A stretch of DNA of 64,000 bases from a virus. The stretch lies in IMG/VR virus record IMGVR_UViG_3300044675_001548, positions 54,229 to 118,228 of that record. One strand, 5' to 3'. Position numbers and translations under genes: made by a program. Below are positions 28,801 to 40,600 of the stretch, piece after piece (position 1 is the first letter of the stretch; each line of letters opens with the position of its first letter). Under the pieces are notes generated by a model, which made no database searches, was not told the origin of the DNA, and saw only the letters and a program-made list of their open reading frames with translations.

Positions 28801-31662
28801 TGCAAATCTCTGACGGTATAGATCAGCTAACTCAGTAGCAATAGCAGACTTCTTACTTTTGCTAGTAAGGGTCTTTATCTCAGTCATTATAGTATCTCTA
28901 CTTTCATAGTAGCTTGGAGTATAGGCTACTCTAAAGTTTCTTTCCTCAAACTTTTCAAGAGCTTTTTGAAACTCTTCAGGATTAGATTCCATTGTAATTT
29001 TTCTAGCAGCTAGGTCCTGAACAAAAGAATCTAAATCTGTTTGTACTTTATCTTCATTAGGAATATACTCATAGAACTTACTAGACCTTCTTCTATATTC
29101 TAGTCTTACTAAAACTCTTTGGAGCTCTTCTCCAGTTTTAGGTTGACCCTTGCTATCATATATCTGGAATAACTCATTGTATCTTTTCTGAGCTTCATCT
29201 GCTTCAGTAAAGGTATAGATGTCATCCATAGTAGTAAAGTCCCGGCTTTTGTATACTATCATCTCACCAAGTGCTTTCTGTCTTTCAAGATAAGACTCAG
29301 TAGCTATAGTAGCAGGGATTGTTTCTACTTGTTTTGTAAATGGATTAGTGATTTTATTTTCTTGTTTCCAAATATCCTGCACAGCATAATACTCAGGAAC
29401 TTTTTCCTGATGCATATATTTCTTTTCCCAGTCCCACTTTCTTGCAAGAATTTCTTTCATTGCAGTCTTGTCTCCTTTTTCTTGAGCCTGTTGGAATTCA
29501 TATTCAAATCTATCTCTGTCAGCTCTCCATCCGTTACCAAATTTACTTTTGATTTTGTAGACTTCAAACTCTTCATACTCACCTTTATCATTTGTACTAC
29601 CTACTTTATCCACAGATAGTAAAGCTTGTCCTGATCTCTCAATGTTTGTAGGATTTAGACCTGCAGCTTGCATTAGTGGTATAAGTGTCTCAAGCATATC
29701 AGTCTCTTCTCTAAGGCTAACTTGCTCAGCATCAGATAGTTTTGTTTTCATAAATCTTACAAAACTACCTAGCGGATCATCAATGGACATGTATGGGTTA
29801 AGAAGTGATTCCATAATACCTATGTCTTCTGTATTACCTTCTATCCAATTGTTTAATGAATCTCTGGTAAGTCTTTTTTGATAGTACTCACCTACTTCTC
29901 TAACTAATTCTGCAGCACGGGCTGAATTGATTCCAGCACCCATGTCTTTAACAGTAACAGTCTTACCATCAGGATTAGATATAATCCTTTCTACAAGTTC
30001 ATCTATCTGAGCCTGTGGTATTTTATCCTGTTTAAGATAAGTATTGATTCTTTCAGTTAATCTTTTTTCAAGTTCATCTTGCATAAATGCAGTATTGTCT
30101 TCCATGAACTGAAGAGCATATTCCTTTTGAAGTTCTTTTACTTTATCTCTGGCAACAGAAACTATATCAGATATATCAGATACTTCTTTTACAAACTCAT
30201 TGGTTCTTGAGAGACCAATAGTTTTTTTGATAGCCTTTAAGAATTTATCTTGTCTAGATAAGAAGTCATTAAAGTATAAGATTTTTGATATACCATCTTC
30301 AGTTAAGTAACTGTCATTGTTCTCCATCTCATTTAGGATGTTCTCTATCTTAGTAGTAAAGACTTTTACCTGGGATAAACTTTCAACTAATGCAGTAGCT
30401 CTCACTCTGAATTCCTCTTGTTGAGCTTGTAATGCTTCTGCCACATCTTCAACAGGAACATCTTTTACATCAACATTTTGGTATCTAGCTAGGAAACCTT
30501 TAAGATTACTAAGTATAGCAAGACCACCTTCACCAACAAGTTCTTTCTTAAGTCTACCTGAGTCTTTCAATACTTGAATCTGGTACTTAGCCTCAACATA
30601 TGTTTGGTTGATGGCATTCTGTAGATTTTTAGTGCTCACATTTTGGAGAGCATCTACAAGGTCATCATACTCATTCTTCATCTCAGCATAGTCTGTCTGA
30701 TCAAACTTTAAGTTAGCTATCTTAATGTCCTCAAACAGTAACATGTCTGTAAGTTGATCTATGGTTGTATCTGACTTAAGATCTTTTACAGAAATTACTT
30801 TGGATATTTTTCTGAAGAGTTCTTTTATAGCATATACAAGCATGCTGATAAAGTTATTGAACTCCGGATCCTGTTGCTGAAGCTTATTGATTTTATTCTC
30901 AGCATCTCTCTCAAGAGATCTAACAAGAACTTCTTCCATAAATCTATCAGACTCAAACTGTAGATTAGGATATAGAGCCTTCACTTGCTCAATAATACTT
31001 TGGCCGGTAGCTGTAAGCTTGGCTTTGTTATACAAGTTATTAAATAACTTATTGTTTTGGATTGATATACCTTTAATAAAAGGGTGGGCAAACTCATGGA
31101 TCATTGTACCCATGTTAGCTTTACCTTTAACTAGATATACCATATTACCATAGTAAAACCCTGGTTGATTTTTATATGGAGTGCTTGTTCCAGATAATGT
31201 CTCAATTGCTTCCTCTTCTGTTATGTACTGATATGGTACATCTAAAGTAAGCATCATTTTTTCTGCAAGAGCATTAAGAACTTTCTCTGCTCTCTCCTGA
31301 CTTACATCCTCTTTATTAAACTCAAATGGAACTATGTCTGGCTTAGATCTTTCTGGTAAATAATCTGGTCTAAGATATGCATTCTCTTTATAGAAGATAC
31401 CTTTGAAAGCATCTATCTGATGAAACATTTCTTTGTTAGGTAAAGCTCTGGTTCCACCAAACTCTGGAGTAAACAACCTACCTTCAATACCATATTTCTC
31501 ATTAGCATACTTTGACCACTTAGAGTTGTATTCCAGAAATTTTTTGAAGTCCTGGATATTAAGGTACTTATCTACAATACCTAGTGATCTCATGTTAGCT
31601 TTAGTAGAGGCTTCAGAGGACTTAAATCTTAAATTCTTGTTTGTGCATGCAGACCTTGCCAT
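25831..31662 (-). CDS. Large virion/ejection-type polyvalent protein (zincin HExxH, LysM, C-terminal TM segment)
   Basis: HEFAH at 31084-31098; LysM HTVAPNETLEAIAKKYSMSVEELAAKNKI...GQELVV at 26650-26781; hydrophobic GMTLALMAMAITLIFGW. Confidence 0.75.
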   Translation of the reverse strand: MARSACTNKNLRFKSSEASTKANMRSLGIVDKYLNIQDFKKFLEYNSKWSKYANEKYGIEGRLFTPEFGGTRALPNKEMFHQIDAFKGIFYKENAYLRPDYLPERSKPDIVPFEFNKEDVSQERAEKVLNALAEKMMLTLDVPYQYITEEEAIETLSGTSTPYKNQPGFYYGNMVYLVKGKANMGTMIHEFAHPFIKGISIQNNKLFNNLYNKAKLTATGQSIIEQVKALYPNLQFESDRFMEEVLVRSLERDAENKINKLQQQDPEFNNFISMLVYAIKELFRKISKVISVKDLKSDTTIDQLTDMLLFEDIKIANLKFDQTDYAEMKNEYDDLVDALQNVSTKNLQNAINQTYVEAKYQIQVLKDSGRLKKELVGEGGLAILSNLKGFLARYQNVDVKDVPVEDVAEALQAQQEEFRVRATALVESLSQVKVFTTKIENILNEMENNDSYLTEDGISKILYFNDFLSRQDKFLKAIKKTIGLSRTNEFVKEVSDISDIVSVARDKVKELQKEYALQFMEDNTAFMQDELEKRLTERINTYLKQDKIPQAQIDELVERIISNPDGKTVTVKDMGAGINSARAAELVREVGEYYQKRLTRDSLNNWIEGNTEDIGIMESLLNPYMSIDDPLGSFVRFMKTKLSDAEQVSLREETDMLETLIPLMQAAGLNPTNIERSGQALLSVDKVGSTNDKGEYEEFEVYKIKSKFGNGWRADRDRFEYEFQQAQEKGDKTAMKEILARKWDWEKKYMHQEKVPEYYAVQDIWKQENKITNPFTKQVETIPATIATESYLERQKALGEMIVYKSRDFTTMDDIYTFTEADEAQKRYNELFQIYDSKGQPKTGEELQRVLVRLEYRRRSSKFYEYIPNEDKVQTDLDSFVQDLAARKITMESNPEEFQKALEKFEERNFRVAYTPSYYESRDTIMTEIKTLTSKSKKSAIATELADLYRQRFALSNLVTDRNGQTNALEYKPEQFKLMKDIEEKITDLESKIDTKSGLLAEEADKLKAYEERLAAGYDLSVTEQTDYDELTARRNELGLSESEFKKLKELFADLRGLTQKTPTEYYYIAFNNMLGDTEVPHITLENADDWINSEDLYTAMELNPEFAEWFENNHYKKKVWNNSTKQKEDKWFRTRMWTSVKPVDENHYKKTTLVHPVTKQPLIINGVPGPKYSYQRVKEEYFTVPFDAEAKKKYIGTIIDNDGNYLPKEYKPGDPNSAYDDKYMDKEYAQAITNPAMKNLLDKVTEYMLKMQENRPGSAKLYLDLPRRRKASNLELLKSGKAVSDVKEKGSATWEAVKSTFAKRKDDYQNFGINYNPNTLLVSTDLEGQPIARIPVDGLYKMELNEVSTDVLSAMFMYNYSLNKQGVLIKEKAKAETLRSVMNDPDNAIKDLNKASKQVAKNTGVLSFLKAGDNRRAAALDYFIEKTFYGQKNSAWESEYPGWLKFANSLMSNASRSFIAFDLVSAVKNRFGMIVQNSIEAAAGVYYNPISFASGRMWAYQSAIELAGFTGGGIYKKGAKSLNLQMIDMFDPVIGKVEKDYGKSATRSFIRDMFDVTWAYDARKLMEVEGAFQVMGGMMYHKEIEQIQPDGSVKKIKYIDAWELNDKKEIVLKQGINPEWGNRYVDHTVAPNETLEAIAKKYSMSVEELAAKNKIKPSAKLTEGQELVVSRNTNFNDYKLKIHYVQKRLNGAMDELDSPQAEKYIVYRLFTFYKKFATGMFLNRFQTDLSKNNRWGHVYNWEAGSPVKGYYIAGVQAMYKTLRTGGAYWSVMTKEEKAAFRKMITEGMTLALMAMAITLIFGWDPQDEDRFQKLAKREEDYGYFGWMGNHMLYQLIATKRENQSFIPLPWVGGLEEWYKYGDATSIAFGPTIGLYLKILADLGYMATGSEKAVYRQESGPYPWQEEGDYKLWNHILSIYGIKGKNLSPIWALRRDEQFQNLK

Positions 31663-31671
31663 ATCAATTAA

Positions 31672-34600
31672 TTATTCTCCTAAAAATGGATTAGTACAGT
31701 TATTATCTAGATCATCAGAGTCATCTTCTTCAGTATCTTTTCTCTCAGTAAAGTTAGTTAAATTTCCAGTGTTGTCAAGTTCTATTCTTGGTATACTACC
31801 AGTATGATATATAGTAAACTTAGCACCTATCTCTTGTAAGTAATCTATGAACTGACTGTCTACTCCCGGCATATCTCCTACTACAAACTCACCTCCATTA
31901 TTAAATGCTATTTCTATTTGATTTTTAGTTTCAGAACTAAGAGGTTTATTTTTTAATTCACCATTTCTTGCTAGCATTACCACTTTATTACCATCTACTC
32001 CAGTTTCTCTATATGCAACAACTGTTGGTGCATTATCAAAATAATCTAATGTATTATTGGTTTTATCCTTTTCATATATAGATTTGGCTGAAAAATTACT
32101 AGATGTTTGTTTATTTCTATCAAGTACTTCACCAATAAATCCATCAGCAATCTGTCTCATTGCTTTATCTTTACCATCACCTTGAGGAGTACCTTTACCT
32201 ACATTTTCAAATCCACCTTTATATCCTTGAAAGCCAGTACTTACAGGAGCTGTAGGTTGAGTAGATACAAACTGTTTAAATCCTTCTATATCTTGTTTAC
32301 CAGTTTGTTCTACATATTGAGAGTATAGTTGTTGAGCTTGCTGTTTTTGTTGTGGAGTTATAGGTGCATACACAGTCATAATGTTTATTCCTGCGTTTTT
32401 TAAAGAAAAATATCTATGATAACCATCATTTAATATACCATTAGAGTCAACAATTCCAGGTACTTTTTGCCCTTCTTTTTTTAAACTTTCAGTGTATTTA
32501 TTATTTTCTTCTTCACTTCTTTGTCCAAAATTACCTAATTTGATTTCAGATAAAGGTAATGTTTTTTTAACCCACCAAAAACCATTATTAGAATAGTTTT
32601 CTATAGTGCTTTCATCTTTGCTACCAAATACTTCATCAACCACATTATCTAATCTAATAAACCCAGCAGCTTCATATACAGCATTAGCTAATTCAGGATT
32701 AGAATCAAATAGTTCTGGTACACCTTCTTTAACTTCTCCTACTGGTTGTACAGTAGGTTGAGTAGGTTCTTCTCCAAATAAATTTAACTGAGTACCTGGT
32801 GTAGGTCCTTCTTCATCTGTTTCACTTTGTTCTTTTACAAGTTCATTGTAAATAAGTATCTGAGCAATAGCAAAGTTTGCAGTCTTTCTCTCTTTTATTT
32901 TAGTTTTTTCATTGTATTGTGGATACTTCTTTAAAAAGTCTTTTAAGAACTCTCTTGCACCATCTGCAGTTTCTTTTGTACTTTCAATTGGTTCATTAAT
33001 TTTTGATAATTCATCAAAGAATTCTATTATCTGGTCTTCATCATAAGATGATTGTATAAACCCTGGTGCAACCTCATTTGCAAGTTTAAGTGCTTCAGGA
33101 GATAATCTTCTGTTACCAGCTTCACTAAGTTTTTCAGCATCAAGCATGTATGACTTGAATGGAGTTTTAACTTGTGTAAGTCTATCAAATATAATTTGGA
33201 AAGCATTGTTATTCATGTAGTTATCTGAGAACACTTTAGAAGCATACTTCATTATGGTGTTATACTTATCTACAGGAAGAGCTGAATTAAATCCATATTT
33301 AGATTTACCTACACCATGCTGGTATACCATCATTTGTGGGAATAAACCAAAGACATCACTAATAACTTTATTTGATATTGGGTCTTCTACTTTCTTAATA
33401 TTAGGATCAGCAAGTTGTTTTATATTCTGTACATATATCTGAGCCTCTGATCCAGAGATAATTTTTCTGTCATTAAGAGTTAACATATTATCACCAGTCT
33501 TACTTGGTACTCTAGATATTTGTTCTAGTATTGGGAACTGTGCTTTTAGCTGAGGAAAATTCTTAATGATATTCATAATTTTATCAGTATATGAATGTTC
33601 ATTATCCTTCATTATTGCAGTTCTGTTGAATGTATTCATAAGAGCTTTATCTGCAAGATACATCTCTAAAGATGCTGCAGGTATTGTATCTTTATAAATA
33701 TCTCTTAAGTATTCTCTCTCTATGACATACTTTATAAAACTTGTTTTGTCTGGGAATAAAGCATCATCCTCTTTAAATGTCTTCAGACCTCTCTTAAAGT
33801 AAGAGTTATCTACCGCATTATTCTTACCAAGGTATAAGTTGTTATTATAGTCAGATTCAATTAAGTTATAGTTAACAGATATACCTGTTATTGTTCCTTC
33901 TGCATCTTTATTTATAATTACATCTTTCTCCTGGGAGTTATTACTAGTAACTTTATGACCTCTATAATCATCAGGTCTATTACTTATTTTACCATTGGAA
34001 TCTATAATATTGGACATATAGTTCTGGTAAATAAAGTTGATCATAGCATTCTTATATTCATCTATGAACCTAGAAGCACCATCTTTACCTTGACCAAAGT
34101 TAGCTTTGATAAGATCAGCATTTAATCTGATCTTAGACAATATAAAATCATTAAGTAATGTATTGTCTCTTAACTTAAACAATGGGTTAAGCATAGACAT
34201 GATGATTTCCTTGTCAAACAATGAACTAAGAACTGAATCAGTCTGTAGTGATGTCATTAAGGTTGGATCTACCTTAGAGTTATTAGCTAACAAATCAATG
34301 TTTACATCTCTATACAATATCTCTTGTGGGCTCTTAAATGTTTGAGTATCCGGTTTTGCATTTGACTTAGCAGTAGAAATACCTTTAAGTTGTTTTTCTA
34401 TTTCCAAGTAATGTAAGAACATAGAGATAGCAAGGTTGGAGTTTTCTTGACCTGGTTCTTTTACTAGTTTTTCCATGTCAGCCGAACTAAATACTCCATT
34501 CTTAAGAACATTTGGTTTGTTCACATAATTACTTACAGACTTAGCATACGTTGTACTTGTTATCTCAGGTTTAGTATAAAGTATTTTTGTCTGTGGACTA

Positions 34601-37600
34601 CCTGAGATTTTCTCAAGTCTTTTTATTAAAGATACTTCAAGGTTTCCGTTTCTGACCTCTTCTATAAATACCTCAACAGACATCCTGTTAACTTTTGGTT
34701 TAAAATCAAAAGGTCCTTGAGTAACAACAAACATATCACCTTTGTGCTCCTTAACAACATTTCTAAGCAATTGAGAAATTACTCCATTGACAACCATCTC
34801 AGCTGAGTTATACTTAACAAAGTTTTGATTTTTTGGAGCATCTCCAGTGAACTCACCATAAGCACTCTTTAATCTTTTTTGATTATCTACATACTGTCTT
34901 ACTAAAGGGTTGGAAACAAAGAAGATAGCATCTCTTACCGGAACCCCTGCTTTAAATAAATAGAACAGTGTACTAGCTACTTCCATGTTACCTTGAATAA
35001 AGAATATCCATGGGTTTTTCTCAACGTCCACAGTACCATTAATAGCCTGTGAAAATAATTCAGCTACACTATTAATACCATCAGCATCATAGATTTTTGA
35101 AAGGGATATTCTACCATCATCTGTTTTATTATGAGGTAGGAATAATCTCATTGGAACTTTTGGTTTATCTTTAAGTTCTACATCTCTTCCAAGTTTTTTA
35201 CTAAACTTAGTTAAGTAATAATCTTTTGGCATTGCCGCACCAATAGAATCAAAGACTGGACTGATAGCATTTTCATTAGCTGCAATACCAAGTACATCTT
35301 TACCTTCCATGTTTACACCATGCTTATGTACATTGTACAGTGGATGAAGTGTAATAGATGGAGTAATCTTTTTTCCATCTTTATCACCACCTACAAATCT
35401 ATCATAGTCACTTACTATGTTCTCAAGCTCTTCAGAAATGTCCTGTAAGATATATGTATCATTTGGTCTCACAAGGTTTACGTAATTATCTGGTAATTCA
35501 AGTACCCCTTTAATTGACTCAAGTATCTCATTCTCTGCAGCTTTCTTCTGTGCTTTAATCTGGCCAGCAAAACTTTTATTAGTCTTTTCTCTCTCAGCAT
35601 TTATCTTATTGATAAAGTCTTTGGTGTTTTCTTTACTAGTAACATATGTACCATCAGAAGCTATGTGTGGAAAGAATGTAGTTAACTTATCAACGTCAAA
35701 GTCACCACCAGACTTAGCAACAAGTTCAGATGGAACAAAGATCATGTTATCAGCACTAGGATCCATGAAATGATAAACCTCCATAAACTCCATAGAGTTA
35801 AGACCTTGAACTGGAATCCTAACAGCACTTAATGTAATTGACTTTCTGTTATCATCAGTATTAAGCCACTCTTCATCTTTGATAAGTTCATTAAGTCTTT
35901 GGATAGTACCTATCTTTTCACCCTTCCATTCTTTATTAAGTAAGTTATTGAACTCACCTTGGATACCAATGGAAACTTTCATGGCATTTGTATTACCATC
36001 TTTTCCGGGCTCATAGAAAGGAAGTGTATTACTACCTAGTAGTTTTTCTCTCTCAGCTTCAGTACCTTCAGTAAACTTAACACCACCAGACCACATACCT
36101 CTAGTAAGTGTACTTGATACTTGAACCAGTGCTTCACCATAAAGCTTTTGCTTAACAAATCTTTTCTCTACTATTGACATTATAGTCTTCTCAATTGTCT
36201 GAGCATCAAGATGTATTGACAAGTCATTTTTTAAAGTACCATCTTCATTAAGACCAATAGCCTCAACTAAATGTTCTGGCATATCTTTTCTTCTTAGCTC
36301 TCTTTGGATTAATCTAAGTAAGTTTTCAATATTACCTTTGTAACTATCACCTTCTTTCTTAAAGTTAATCTCATCAAGAAGCTCAAGCTTTAATAGATTA
36401 GTGTAGTTATCTACTGCAGCTTTATATCTATTAGCAGCAGACTCATTTTTAGTATTGATAAGTTTACCGCTTTCATATAGACCATTAAGAAGTAGTTTTC
36501 TTAACTGAGTTGCAAATACAACTTTACCTTTAGAATAATCTGGAACACTAGCTGATTCTTTAAGATACTCTACATATACAGTATTAGGAGTAAGAGTCAG
36601 TTTGTCCTTTATAATCTTTTGCTCTTTGTCAGCAAAAATGTTATCTGGTTTCCCGTCAGCAGTAACACCACCAACTTTAGATCCACTGGCAAATGTTGCA
36701 TACTGAATATTGTTTCTCAACATTTCATGATGTAGTGTCTCTAAGTCAGATCCTTTAATTACAGATGGTATTAAAGGCATAAGAGCAAACTTATGCATTG
36801 CTGTTACAGGTAACACTGTACCAGCTAAGTTACCATAGTTCTGCAACTTAAATACAGGGAAGAAATTTACAACATCTGCTGCTGTAATCTCTTGACGAGC
36901 TACTATTTTTTTATAAAGTGCTTCTTGCTGATCACTCCACTTATTCATACCCTTCTTAAGTGTACGGTATGCATCAATTGTAATATAACCTTGACCATCA
37001 GCCTCAGTCATGTTCAAGTACTTATCAGCTTCAATCTTAACTCTCTTCTCTACTTCTTCTGCAGCATTAGGTTTACCAGCATATCTTTTTTCATAATCCT
37101 CTCTGATAGCTTTTTCAATAATTGGTTTGTAAATACTATCTCTATCTGCATCCTGCATAATAGCTGTATTAACAGTACCATTGTAAGTAAACTTAACATA
37201 GTCTGAGCTACCTACAGTTTTAGCATAAGCATTTCTATCCCATGTAAATCCAGTTTCTTTACTGTTGACATCATTTATGAAATCTCTAAATGCTTTGTCA
37301 GTTCTGATTTTTGGTCCACTGGAAATAGCTCCTGAAGTTCTTTTATGAAACTCCTCTTTCTTATGATTGAACTGTGCAATGTCTCCAAAAATAACTTGAG
37401 ATATTTCAAAGTTATGAATCCAAGCATTATACATATAAGCTTTAGCAAGTATTCTTTCTTTTTCAGAGTTAGTTAGATTAGGTACATTTAATCTATCCAT
37501 GACAGTTTTATCTATATACTTAGCTTTTTGTAAGTATTCATAGACTTCTTCTGTACTATCATTAAAGTATTTAGTTACTCTTTGTTTTATTCTATCATAA

Positions 37601-40600
37601 AGCTTAGGATCATTTTTAATATAATCCTTTAACTTCACACCAGGTTTATTAACCACAGCTAGAATATCATCTTGTAAATCTTTATCAAGTATAGAATCAA
37701 AGTACACATATGACTCTCCATACATTTTACCATCCTTAAACTCTCTGTTATAACCAGTATAGTTCTTAGCTATAGAAGAGTTTTTAAATCTGTTGATTCT
37801 TTCAGTCTCTGCAGATATGTAAGGCAGAATAATATTGTCAAATGCAAATGATTCAGCATTACCCTCTGGTAAAAACTTATCTAAATCAACATAGTATCTT
37901 GGGTCTTTTCTATCACCAATCTCAGACATAATTCCACCTTCTATTCTCAAAGCCATAGCTGTAGACTTAGATCCAGCTCTTAGGAACTCCTGTAAACCAC
38001 CTTTAAAGAATGTGTGGAACTCCTGTAAGAATTTACTGTACTGATCTAATGATGTAGTATTAGTACCAATAGACTTGGTAATTTTATTTCCTTCATCATC
38101 TTCAACAGTGAACTCAGCAATTTGAGTACCCATGTCAAGTATTAAGTCAAGAGATCTGCTTGTTCTTCTTGCTTTCTCAGGCTTGCTTAAATCAAATAAG
38201 GATTTAGTAATTTGTAAGTCTTCAACAAAAGGATTTACTGCAGGATTGAATGAGCTCATATATTTTAACTCATCTTTTTTCCAGAAGTCTTCAAGCTTGG
38301 TAGCTTGATTAAAACCATTAATGATCATACTAGCACTACTATGCTCTATATGTTTGTTCACTAAGTTTCTTTCTGGGTTAAGTGCTGTAAAGTTAGAGGC
38401 ATCAACACCATACTTAACTTGTAATCCAGCTATCTTCTCAACAAAGTTTTTCTGTTTAGAACCTGCCGTATATACAAAGCTAGATGGTGGTCCAATAATT
38501 TGAGGTGAGATACCTTTTATTAAGGTAGCTAAAGGATCTTTCTTAAACTCAGAGATAACATCAGCAGCTGCTTTACTTACAGTCTTAGCATTCTCACTAT
38601 AGCTTATAGCTTTTATTGTATTGAATATATAATTAACACCATATTTTTTTACACCCTGTATACTATTGAGCTCATCCTTTATAACTTTGAGGTCATCAAG
38701 ATAGAAGCCCATTGCATTTAGGAACTTAAATGTTTTATCTGGGTCTAAGTTACCATTAGCATCTGAAAAGTTTCTTATTAATGCTGTTACATTTAACATA
38801 GATTGATTATCTATTCTTTCTATGTATGCATCTCTAGTATCAGCTTTAAATCTGTTACCAAATTCTCTAATAGTATTTGCTACATCTACGGCAGCATTTG
38901 TAAGTTCAGTTATGATACTTCCATCATCTTGTTTGAATCCAGTTAACTGTAGCAATGTAGCTGCAGGTTTCTGGAATGTTTGCCACATAGAAGTGATAAT
39001 GTCATTCTCTGCAGGAGTAGTAGGTAGTGATGGATCAGGTATCTTGTTTAACAACTGTTCAAACTCAGGATATATTTTTGAAGCCTCAACAATTGCAGTA
39101 TACATTTGCTTTGGATCAGTAATACCATTCAAAGTTCTTACAGTGTTTTTCCAGTTTTGGTTAAAGTTACCTAAGTCTTTGAAGCCTAGTTTGTTATTAG
39201 TAGTTATAAACTTAGTACCTTTCTTAGTTTGTTTAAATAAACTTTTTAAGATATAAACTATCTCTTGGTCAGCCATCTCTAATAGAGACATTTCACCGGC
39301 TTTCTTTTCAAACTTTTCACTAGCTGTTGCATCACCAGTTGCATCTTTCTCAGCATCTATATCAGTAACTTTTTGTCTGATAAGATCAAATCTACTATTC
39401 TCAATATGATACTTTATAACACCAGTAGTTGGATCACCCCAGTTGTTTAGAGCAGTCTGTAGAATTCTTACATTGTCTAATTCTTGACTTTGCTCATATG
39501 GTACTTCTGGTAATGTATTTACTACATCTTCATTAATATCTATTGAGGTAAATGTTTTGGCTTTCCCTTTAATATAATTATCATACTGGTTCTTAGCCTC
39601 TTCAATATCTGTAACTATTAATATATCAGCAGGCTGATCATTAATATTATTAACAGCCTTATGTTTGTAAAAGTCTGAGATTATCTCTATGGTTTCTTTA
39701 TATAATTCACCCTTCTGTCTAGTTCCCGCTTTTGTATCTAAATCTAAGTTATTATAATCATCAATCTGAGATCTTAAGAACACATATTTATGATTACCAT
39801 CTTTGTCTCTGATAACAGCTGCAGCATTTTTCTCTAATGCATCAGCATCTTGGAAGCTATTAAAAGGTTTCTCTGGCATGTATGTGATCTTACCAGGACC
39901 TTCTCCTTGTATTTGTCTAAGTCTTTCTTGAAATCTTTGTCTTACAAGTTCATATAACTGAACTTTGTTCTCAGATTTGGTCAAAAGTTTTAGAGTACCG
40001 GACTTACCATAGTTATTAGATGGGTCATTGTTTACCTCATCAACTATTTCTGATATAACAGAATCTATAGACTCAGAAACTAGTACAGCATCTTGTTTAT
40101 TTAATGAATCCTCCTTAGGTTGACTAACATTATTGATACCTCTGTTAAGTATATCAAACATTACATTATCTACAAGTGGAGTGTATATGTTCAATAAATT
40201 TGGGTTCTCACCAGCCATATACAGTCTGTAAAATAATTCATTAACTGTATCACTCTGTTCTGCTAAATTTGGAGACATGTCTTGTACTCCAGGTATACCA
40301 AATAACTTTTTAATAAAGTTCCAGATCTTTCTGAACAATGTATTTCTTACTGGAGAACCTTTCTTAGTCTTTTGATTTAGTGCATATTTCCTAAAATCCT
40401 CAGCTAAGAGTTCTTCCATTTCACGGAATGAATAATTTTGAACAAGGCCTGTTTCAAACACCTCAGCATATAAAGCTTTCTTCTCATCTCTGGTTAAATA
40501 TAACTGAGAGAATCCATGCCATGCTTCATGATATACATCAGTGAATGAACCTGACTTGTATATTTCTATCTTAGCAGGTTTACCACCATTAGCAAGAGTA

